Source of the DNA: an uncultured Saprospiraceae bacterium
GTDB lineage: Bacteria > Bacteroidota > Bacteroidia > Chitinophagales > Saprospiraceae
Direction: 5' to 3'
NCBI GenBank assembly: GCA_964392655.1
Contig: CAYMQY010000001.1
Coordinates: forward strand, 1 to 54,550
DNA: 54,550 nucleotides
Shown in pieces: positions 28,275-35,528 of this stretch (positions within the stretch are counted from its first letter, which is position 1; every line of letters starts with the position of its first letter). A program made the position numbers and the translations under genes. A model generated the notes under the pieces. The model was not told the DNA's origin. It saw nothing but the letters and a program-made list of their open reading frames with translations, and ran no database searches.

Positions 28275-29708
28275 ATGGCCATGAAAGCGTCCCCCCGTCC
28301 AAATGTAGGCCCATCTACCGATCCCCCTATTCCTGTCCAATTCCAGAATTTTTACCACAGCTCGGAAGCACTTCGTTTGGAAGGCTCTCTGGGTGGAGCA
28401 GGTATGCCTGTGCTGAAAGATGCCGGTCAAACTACCGGCACATTGCTCCTACTGCTTGGGGAAACTACGGCCTGGCAGGAAGCATGCGATTTTTTAGAAA
28501 TCTGCAAACAGCAGCACCGGCATGCCGTTTGTCTCGCGCTATTCAACCGTCCGCTGGAACACCACAAGGTGTGGGAGTTACTCCACTCGGGTGCCGACGA
28601 GGTGTTGCAATGGAACCAGTTGCCCGAGCCGGAACGCATCCTCCGGGCAAGGCTTGAGCGCTGGACAGCCGTAGACAACATTCTTGGATCGCCTGAAGTG
28701 CAGGAAAAACTCGTCGGCAGCAGTCCGTGTTGGCACAAACTCCTGCGGCAGGTGATAGAAATGGCGATGTTCAGCAGCGCCCCGGTGCTCCTGCTCGGCG
28801 AGAGCGGTACCGGCAAGGAACTGCTTGCACGTCTCATCCACCGGCTTGATGCTCGGGCAAACAAGCGCGATCTGGTGTTGTTGGACTGCACGACGGTGTC
28901 GCCCGAACTGTCGGGCAGCGAGTTTTTCGGCCACGAAAAAGGTGCGTTCACCAATGCCGTGTCCAACCGCGACGGGGCCTTTGCTCTGGCTGACGGCGGC
29001 ACCCTGTTTCTGGACGAGATCGGTGAACTGCCACCGGCCATGCAGGCCGAACTGCTACGCGCCGTGCAGGAAAAAATGTACAAACGCGTCGGGAGCAACT
29101 TTTGGCGGCACACCAACTTCCGGTTAGTGTCGGCCACCAACCGCGACCTGAGCGCCGAGGTACGGCACGGTCGCTTCCGCGAAGACCTGTTTTTCCGCCT
29201 TTCCGCCTGCGTATGCCACGTGCCGCCCCTGCGCAAGCGCATGGATGATGTGCCCGCTCTGGCCATCTGTTTTTTGAAACAAGCCCTGCGCACCGACACC
29301 CCGCCCCCATTCGACGAGCACCTGCTCACCTACTTGTGTACCCGCGAGTATCAGGGCAACGTGCGCGAATTGCAGCAACTCGTGTCGCGCATTGCTTACC
29401 GCCATACCGGCAACGGGCCGGTCACCGTGGGCGACCTGCCCGAATACGACCGCCCCGATATGGCCCGTCTGCAAAACCCCTGGAGCCTCTCCGATTTTGA
29501 GACGGCTCTGCGCATTGCCATTGCCAACGGAATCGGCCTGAAGGAAATCAAGCGCTGCGTCAGCAATAAAACCATGGAACTTGCGATTTCAGCATCCAAC
29601 GGGAATTTGCAGGATGCTGCCTACCAACTGCAAGTGAGCGATAGAACGATTCAACTGTATTTGGCAAGTGTACGGGATGGGGAAGTGGTGCCGGAAGGGA
29701 TGGATTAA
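28275..29708 (+). CDS. Sigma-54-dependent transcriptional activator (bacterial enhancer-binding protein) with an atypical N-terminal domain and a Fis-type helix-turn-helix
   Basis: AAA+ core with Walker A LLGESGTGKE, Walker B LFLDEIGEL and the sigma-54 contact loop GAFTNA (a variant of GAFTGA). C-terminal helix-turn-helix NGNLQDAAYQLQVSDRTIQLYL. The track start at 28248 is TTG; the first ATG is 28275. Confidence 0.85.
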   Translation: MAMKASPRPNVGPSTDPPIPVQFQNFYHSSEALRLEGSLGGAGMPVLKDAGQTTGTLLLLLGETTAWQEACDFLEICKQQHRHAVCLALFNRPLEHHKVWELLHSGADEVLQWNQLPEPERILRARLERWTAVDNILGSPEVQEKLVGSSPCWHKLLRQVIEMAMFSSAPVLLLGESGTGKELLARLIHRLDARANKRDLVLLDCTTVSPELSGSEFFGHEKGAFTNAVSNRDGAFALADGGTLFLDEIGELPPAMQAELLRAVQEKMYKRVGSNFWRHTNFRLVSATNRDLSAEVRHGRFREDLFFRLSACVCHVPPLRKRMDDVPALAICFLKQALRTDTPPPFDEHLLTYLCTREYQGNVRELQQLVSRIAYRHTGNGPVTVGDLPEYDRPDMARLQNPWSLSDFETALRIAIANGIGLKEIKRCVSNKTMELAISASNGNLQDAAYQLQVSDRTIQLYLASVRDGEVVPEGMD

Positions 29709-29709
29709 C

Positions 29710-30774
29710 TTATGGAAGAATTATTCCCCGACGCCATGTATCGGGAATTGGGGACCCTGACCCCTCCTTGTAGCTGCCGCCATCAGTCAGGCCAAGATTT
29801 TGTTTTGCCCATTCGCCGATCTGAAGCCAAGTGGTTGGCCCGGGGTCATTATCGCGGCTGGAACTGGCTTGCCGATGAGCAAAGACATAGCGGATTGTCG
29901 GTATCCTTGCTTTTAGCGCTGTCAGCAAACGGCGACCGGCTGCGATTTGTGCCGAAGTGGGTTCGCCACAAACACGACTGCCACTACCATGCCCGCGATT
30001 GACGTATTGACCGGAACTCCACCAGCACCTGCCCCTGTCATCTGCAAATGTGCCGGCAAACTCAATGCCTACGCTCCGGCTGTTGAAGCTTTGGGCGTGG
30101 TAAACAATTCTTGATTCCGGGTACAATTGAATGATACGCCCATTGGGCAAAACAACAAAGTGCGCCCCAACCCACAGGTAGTGCCGGGGGTCATTGTTTT
30201 GACTTCCGGCGGTTTGGTGCAACACCACGGCATTGACGCTGGAAAGTGCACGCGTGCCCCCCAAACAACTGGTTGCGTTTCGGGCAGATGCACACTGTCC
30301 AGGTGTGGCTTGGCCGGTAAAGTCCTCAATCGCACCAATTGCCACTGGAATCAAGGCCTCTAAGGCTCGTTTCAATGCATTCCAGGTAGCCGGCCCCAAT
30401 TTTCCGTCTGCCGTCAGCCCATTTGCTGCCTGAAATTTAGCGATGAGTTCTGCAAAAGCAGCTTCGTTCGGAGATTGATTTAAACGAAATACCTTCGACA
30501 CGATGTCATTGTAATGCCGGAGCCAGCCGACCGAAGCCGCGTTTTTTTTGTTGTAGGCCACAGCACTCTGAAGTGCATTACTGCCGAGCTCATCCAGCCA
30601 CTCATCCTCGTTCGTGTGCAGACTTTCTCGAGTCGGCGCCCGACGACAAGTCGGGCAATTGCAGTTTGCAGCATGGTATGTTTTGCCTTTTTGGCAATTC
30701 GAGCAGCCACAGCCACAAGAATGCCCGGATGGAGAGGCTTCCATTTCGAGTAATTCATCAAGGTAAGTACGCAT
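29710..30774 (-). CDS. N-acetylmuramoyl-L-alanine amidase (Amidase_2, AmpD/PGRP type) with a Cys-rich N-terminal extension and a PG_binding_1 repeat; no signal peptide
   Basis: PG_binding_1-like segment AKFQAANGLTADGKLGPATWNALKRAL. Amidase_2 blocks are AVVLHQTAG, AHFVVLPNGRIIQLY, NSRSVGIEFAG and FAHRQASSSRDND (His-x9-Asp spacing as in AmpD). The track start at 30810 is TTG. I prefer ATG 30774, which gives MRTYLDELLEME, the same first seven residues as the protease gene. Confidence 0.8.
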   Translation of the reverse strand: MRTYLDELLEMEASPSGHSCGCGCSNCQKGKTYHAANCNCPTCRRAPTRESLHTNEDEWLDELGSNALQSAVAYNKKNAASVGWLRHYNDIVSKVFRLNQSPNEAAFAELIAKFQAANGLTADGKLGPATWNALKRALEALIPVAIGAIEDFTGQATPGQCASARNATSCLGGTRALSSVNAVVLHQTAGSQNNDPRHYLWVGAHFVVLPNGRIIQLYPESRIVYHAQSFNSRSVGIEFAGTFADDRGRCWWSSGQYVNRGHGSGSRVCGEPTSAQIAAGRRLLTALKARIPTIRYVFAHRQASSSRDNDPGPTTWLQIGEWAKQNLGLTDGGSYKEGSGSPIPDTWRRGIILP

Positions 30775-30806
30775 TGTTTTTTCTGTTTGACCATCTGAGA
30801 ACCGAG

Positions 30807-31340
30807 TCAACCAACTCGCATAATTTCATCTAAAACCGTTTCATATTGTTGATAGGGTCCTCGCTGGTAGCCTCCCTGGTTTGTCCCTTTTGTGTACTCC
30901 CTCCGGGGTGGTTCTGCCCGGAGCCAAATCTCGACACGGCGATTCTTTTCAGGTCTGTCGGCGGAAACAAGCGTTAACTTACCCTCCGTATTCAACGTCA
31001 CCGGAACGGGAAATTTCAATTGAGCCCTGTACTTGTCATGCAAGGCGTAAAGTAGATGTGAAGCGGCTGAACTGGCTCTTTTCAAGCCGAGGTAATGGTT
31101 GAAGGTGAATGATCCACTTGTGTCGGCAAAACCGACAATCACTATTTCCAACACCGGTTGGGATGTTTGATGTGAATCGGCAATCATTTTTGCAAGATTG
31201 TTCAGGGCTTTAATGTGGTCGGGAAGAAGATCCGATTTGTTTAGTCGAAAACCATCAATCGTGAACGATTGAGGAACCCCGGTTTGGACGAATGCTCGCG
31301 GGGATGTGGTGGAGTCGGGAGACATGTTGTAGCCGTTCAT
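30807..31340 (-). CDS. OmpA-like peptidoglycan-binding domain protein; no signal peptide
   Basis: The pattern IVGFADTSGSFTFNHYLGLKRASSAASHL...NRRVEIWL fits an OmpA_C-like domain. I prefer ATG 31340 (MNGYNMSPD); the track start is 31412. The C-terminus ends ...YETVLDEIMRVG. Confidence 0.7.
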   Translation of the reverse strand: MNGYNMSPDSTTSPRAFVQTGVPQSFTIDGFRLNKSDLLPDHIKALNNLAKMIADSHQTSQPVLEIVIVGFADTSGSFTFNHYLGLKRASSAASHLLYALHDKYRAQLKFPVPVTLNTEGKLTLVSADRPEKNRRVEIWLRAEPPRREYTKGTNQGGYQRGPYQQYETVLDEIMRVG

Positions 31341-31399
31341 AATCAGGTTGTTTTTACAAATTAGAGAATGAGTTTTTTTTGAAATTGGCAAGCGACAGG

Positions 31400-32272
31400 T
31401 TATTTGAGCCAAGCCTGGACTTGGGTGTACACCTCGTTATTAAATAAAATGCCTCGGTTGTGGGAGTAAATTTCCTGTCCACCACTACATCCTGCTCCGG
31501 GACTTTTTGTGCAACCATCAAGATCTCCGCAGGCGCCGGTGTGAATACCTGCCAAAAAACGCTGGCGAGGAATACAGTCGTTTTCTCCCCAGACCATGTA
31601 CCATATTGGTGAACCACTGTGACCCGGGCAGGTGTCACCTTTGTAGGTAAATCTGTTTTTTTGAACAACCCCACCGATCCTGGGCTCCATATTGTCCATA
31701 GGCTCATCATCCCACCATTGGGTGAACGGCGCCTTGTCGGAAGGGTAGCCGCAGACTGTGACAACTTTGCCTTTCAAAAAATCTTTGTCCATGGGTATTT
31801 GGTGCGTGCCTTGGCCACAGCTCCCCCACCAACCCAATCGGGTATTTTGGATAGCCGTAAACTTCTTTTTTCCTACCTCTTCATTCAGAATGATCACCGC
31901 GTAATCGTGCCGGCGGTCAAAAGCGTTACGCCACTCGTCCCGTAGTCGAAAGACCGTTGTTGTGTATTCACCAAAAGGCTTCGATGCACCATGTCGTCCT
32001 GGAGATACCGTTATTCGAATAGGCAACAGTCCTTTTAATGGCCCGGAGTTTGGGACAAGGACATGCCCCGCCGTAAGCACATGGCGCGGACTTATAAGCA
32101 ATCCTGTTGCGGGCAATTGATCTGTATGTTCTACATTATTCGCATCTCGATATGTACAAATGATTGAACAAATCCACCGGAACGGCGGCCGAGTGTTGTT
32201 GTCAATTATACTACGAGTATCTGCACCCACAATTTCAAGTTCATTCCAGATTTCATCCAGATACGTTCGCAT
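31400..32272 (-). CDS. Trypsin-fold (clan PA, S1B/V8-like) serine protease; no signal peptide
   Basis: Candidate catalytic triad: His in LTAGHVL, Asp in RRHDYAVIIL, Ser in GDTCPGHSGSPIW (GxSGSP as in V8-type enzymes). Starts MRTYLDEIWNELE at ATG 32272. Confidence 0.8.
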   Translation of the reverse strand: MRTYLDEIWNELEIVGADTRSIIDNNTRPPFRWICSIICTYRDANNVEHTDQLPATGLLISPRHVLTAGHVLVPNSGPLKGLLPIRITVSPGRHGASKPFGEYTTTVFRLRDEWRNAFDRRHDYAVIILNEEVGKKKFTAIQNTRLGWWGSCGQGTHQIPMDKDFLKGKVVTVCGYPSDKAPFTQWWDDEPMDNMEPRIGGVVQKNRFTYKGDTCPGHSGSPIWYMVWGENDCIPRQRFLAGIHTGACGDLDGCTKSPGAGCSGGQEIYSHNRGILFNNEVYTQVQAWLK

Positions 32273-32326
32273 TGTTTCAAATTTTTTGTCCGACCACCTC
32301 GGCCGGCATCGTGAAAAAATAAGGTG

Positions 32327-33280
32327 TCAACCCACCACTCCCTCCCGCAGCCAAGGGTCGCCGGCAACCGGCAAACGGGCATCGGCAGTGGAAAACGGCG
32401 GCTCGGTTCGAAGGGGTACGGTTCGGGTTCTGGAGGTTAAGCGCAGAAAATTCCCGCCCAGCACAAGGGCCTCCTGTTCGGGCGGCAGGCGCAGGGCAAA
32501 TACTTTTTCCAGTTCCACGCCGGGGTGCAGCCACGGTCCGTCGGATCCGAACAGCACCTTGTGGGCGCCGGCCCGCCGCACGGCCATCTCCAGCAGATCG
32601 AAGCGTCGCACGCCGGAGGTGTCGGTGAACACATTGGCGTGGCGCTCGAGGTACGGGATAAAATTCAGTTGCGCTTTCCAGTCGTCAGCAAAACTTCCGA
32701 GGTGCGGAATGATGAAGTTCACGTCGGGATACTCAGTCGCGAACAGCTCGATACTTGTCACATTTCCCATCACGTCGTACAACACCGGCAGCCGGAATGC
32801 CCGGGCTGATTCGCATACCTCACGGGTGATGTGCGCATCGTGCCGGTGTGCCTTGATGCCCCGAAAACCGTACTCTTCCACCGCTTCGCGCACCAGATCG
32901 AACACACGCCCCGCATCGCGCCCGGCATGCACGAAGGCAAAGCCGGAAAAGCGCTCGGGATGCTGCCGTACCAATCGGGCTACCATCCGGTTGGCCGCCC
33001 GGTAGTCAGAGTGAAACGCTGCGAACAGGTTGATTCTCTCGATGCCCGACTCGTCGGCCCAGCGCAGAAACTTAGTCAGGTCGGCCCGCGTATCCCAGGG
33101 ACCGTTGAGTCCGTCACCGGGGCCGTAGTGGCAGTGCGCGTCTATGACCGGAGTTTGCCGGCGTCGTCGCTCGCGCCACTTCGGGTATCGGTTGAAACCA
33201 GCACAGGCAGGACACATACAGGCATGCGAGTAGCCGGCACCTGCGATGCAACCGCGCAGGGTGTTAGTATCAAATTTCAT
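32327..33280 (-). CDS. Metal-dependent TIM-barrel amidohydrolase (Amidohydro_2-like) with a Cys-rich N-terminal extension
   Basis: HxH metal motif VIDAHCH, plus IPHLGSF and the late Asp in LFGSDGPWLHP. The N-terminal extension carries ...SHACMCPACAGF. Confidence 0.8.
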   Translation of the reverse strand: MKFDTNTLRGCIAGAGYSHACMCPACAGFNRYPKWRERRRRQTPVIDAHCHYGPGDGLNGPWDTRADLTKFLRWADESGIERINLFAAFHSDYRAANRMVARLVRQHPERFSGFAFVHAGRDAGRVFDLVREAVEEYGFRGIKAHRHDAHITREVCESARAFRLPVLYDVMGNVTSIELFATEYPDVNFIIPHLGSFADDWKAQLNFIPYLERHANVFTDTSGVRRFDLLEMAVRRAGAHKVLFGSDGPWLHPGVELEKVFALRLPPEQEALVLGGNFLRLTSRTRTVPLRTEPPFSTADARLPVAGDPWLREGVVG

Positions 33281-33297
33281 CGAAGGAAGCGGTAGTA

Positions 33298-33328
33298 GTC
33301 AGGCGGTGACTGGCAGTCACCGCCTGAC
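33298..33328 (-). promoter_or_regulatory. Intra-operon GC-rich stem-loop between the 723-aa gene and the amidohydrolase gene
   Basis: Perfect 13-bp stem, gtcaggcggtgac (33298-33310) pairing with gtcaccgcctgac (33316-33328), with a 5-nt loop. No T tract follows on the minus strand. Confidence 0.5.
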
Positions 33329-33343
33329 GTGGTGTGCAGAAAA

Positions 33344-35515
33344 TCAGGCCACTTTGCCGCGCTGCTCCAGGAGCCGGCGTTGCAGGTGGATCGAAGGTTG
33401 AACAGCATCTATCCGCCCGCCGGTGATATCGGCAGTGAGATCCACCCCTGTGACGGCGCGGTAGGCGTGCATGTACGCTTGTATCTGCGGGCGCCAGAAG
33501 TTGGCCCAGTTGGCCGCCGAAAAGCGATTGGTCACGCTTGTCCAGTCTCCAAACCGGATAGAGAGCAGCAGTTGTTCGCCAAATACTCCGAGGTCACGAA
33601 AATGGGACACATTGGTCTTGGTCCAACCCATCAGGTTGTTGAGCGCCGCGACACGATCCATCCACGGCTCGGGGTAGGCCACCATGATTCGAGTGGGCAG
33701 AAATTCCCGAAACTCAGGCCGTGCCAACAACCACTGCTGCATCAGCATTTCCGACCGCGCCACTGAAGGCAGATCGCCATACTGGTTGTGCGCGCCTTCG
33801 GACAATACGAGGTGAACTTCCTTGAGTGCGTTCAGGATCGGGAAGGCGTCGGGTTGCACTGTCATGTCATCCGCCTGTTTGTAGTATCTGGTGGTCAGGT
33901 TTAGTAGCGTATGGAACGCTTCAATGAACTTGGAGCGGCTGTCGGCAAAACGCATATTCTGTACAGCAGTACCCTGGAGCGTGATACCGTAGTGGTGGTC
34001 GTACTCGTATGCGCGACGGCGCACGGTAAGGCGGTGTTGTTCATCCTGCAAGTACCCCCACATGAGGTTGCTGAGCGGCCGCAGCGGATCAATTTCGAGG
34101 TGCGCAAGAGGATCAACCTGACCGGGACCTTTGATGTTTTGAAATCGGCGTCCAATCGCATTGAGTCCTTGCACCATCATGCTTTCTTCCATCCAGTACG
34201 ACCAGATGAGCTCGAGGAAACAGGGTGTGGCGAGTTTACTCTGAATAATACCGAAGCAGTTTGTGTCGGTTGAGGTGTTGCCCGTACTGGAGTACACCTG
34301 CAAGGCTTCTTCAAGGGCCAGGGTCTTGAGATCGGAATCTTTCAACTTGCGCCGAATAACCGCCAGGTACGGGATTGTTGACACAGCGCCGTTTACAGAT
34401 TCCTTGTACTCGTTCCACCACTCGTCCAGTTTTTTGACATCGGGATTCCCGTTCACCAAAGGCACATTGCTGTTCAAATTTTCCAGCGTGCTTTCATCAA
34501 AAACGCCGTCGGTCATACAATTGACCATAACAAACGATTCGGTGGCTACTTTAAGGCTGTGGTAACCATCTACGCCCATGAACGGTAAGGCCCGCGTTTG
34601 GCTCAGGCTTTTTACTTTGCCTTGCATCTTGGAGTTTTTGGTCAATGATGTTTGCGTGGCGCCGCAAAAAACCTCATCCATGAAATGGTGGAAATTCGTG
34701 AACGACAAGTCTTGCGTGCTTTTCTGGATGATCATCCACAAAGCGAGGTCGTAGGTGATCTGACCGGCAGAGGGCTGCAAGCGGGCGTTGATCGTATTGG
34801 ACAACTTGCTGGCGATGGTTGCGCTCAGATCGGCAAATGAATCAGCGATCTCATCGGCCACCTTACCCAGCGGATTGGTGTTGGAGTTCGCGCCGTCCGG
34901 CAAAAGCAACAGTTCGAAATTGGTTTTCAACTCTGCATTGAATGCCTCCAACAGTGGATCATCAACCGAAATTGCCGTTGACAATAAACCCAGCGTGACA
35001 GAGGGTGTACCAAAAACCAGTTGCGGATACAGAATGCCCGTCGTTTGCGTCTGAGCAGGAATATTGCCCAAAAATTTGAGGTGGACCAGCCAAACGGCAG
35101 TAAGCGCATCTGTGCTCGAAGCGGCTTGTAGCGCTACCGTCGTATGGCGCAAGTTTGCCAATGCCGGCGAGGACAAACCCGCACCGGTGTTCATGTCCAT
35201 GTATCCAATTTGAGGATTGCTCGTCGCTTGGTTGTCGTTAAACACCACGTCTTGGAGAAAGCGTCCGAAATCATCAGCATTGGTCAGGTCATAAACTTCT
35301 CCGGTAAACGTGGCTTGTGTCGGAATGGTCGTGCTAGTCGGGTCAATGGCAATCTCGAACGACATCTCAGTGGTGAACGGAACACTGGCCCCTACCGTGG
35401 TTTGGTTGACATCAACGTTCAGGGACGTAAGTTCCAGGATGACATCAACCGCCTCGACATTCTGTGCAGCCGTCCGTTGGTATCGGAGCCTCAGTTTATC
35501 AAAATTTGCACTCAT
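33344..35515 (-). CDS. Large (723 aa) hypothetical protein; no recognisable domain or signal peptide
   Basis: Clean ATG at 35515, 13 nt after the upstream stop. Amino-acid composition is balanced, unlike the shadow ORFs on other frames. Distinctive blocks include FLELIWSYWMEESMMVQGLNAIGRRFQN. Confidence 0.75.
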   Translation of the reverse strand: MSANFDKLRLRYQRTAAQNVEAVDVILELTSLNVDVNQTTVGASVPFTTEMSFEIAIDPTSTTIPTQATFTGEVYDLTNADDFGRFLQDVVFNDNQATSNPQIGYMDMNTGAGLSSPALANLRHTTVALQAASSTDALTAVWLVHLKFLGNIPAQTQTTGILYPQLVFGTPSVTLGLLSTAISVDDPLLEAFNAELKTNFELLLLPDGANSNTNPLGKVADEIADSFADLSATIASKLSNTINARLQPSAGQITYDLALWMIIQKSTQDLSFTNFHHFMDEVFCGATQTSLTKNSKMQGKVKSLSQTRALPFMGVDGYHSLKVATESFVMVNCMTDGVFDESTLENLNSNVPLVNGNPDVKKLDEWWNEYKESVNGAVSTIPYLAVIRRKLKDSDLKTLALEEALQVYSSTGNTSTDTNCFGIIQSKLATPCFLELIWSYWMEESMMVQGLNAIGRRFQNIKGPGQVDPLAHLEIDPLRPLSNLMWGYLQDEQHRLTVRRRAYEYDHHYGITLQGTAVQNMRFADSRSKFIEAFHTLLNLTTRYYKQADDMTVQPDAFPILNALKEVHLVLSEGAHNQYGDLPSVARSEMLMQQWLLARPEFREFLPTRIMVAYPEPWMDRVAALNNLMGWTKTNVSHFRDLGVFGEQLLLSIRFGDWTSVTNRFSAANWANFWRPQIQAYMHAYRAVTGVDLTADITGGRIDAVQPSIHLQRRLLEQRGKVA

Positions 35516-35528
35516 AATTTTTCAAATT

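Noticed and set aside
28427-29329. Minus-strand 300-aa ORF, plus smaller ORFs inside the sigma-54 activator gene
   Set aside because: They are antisense or off-frame to an ORF with unambiguous AAA+/sigma-54 activator motifs. The sequence is Ser/Arg-rich and low-complexity.
32160-33295. Plus-strand ORFs of 281 aa (32160-33005) and 154 aa (32831-33295)
   Set aside because: They are antisense to the protease and amidohydrolase genes, which carry catalytic motifs. Their composition is Arg/Ser/Pro-rich.
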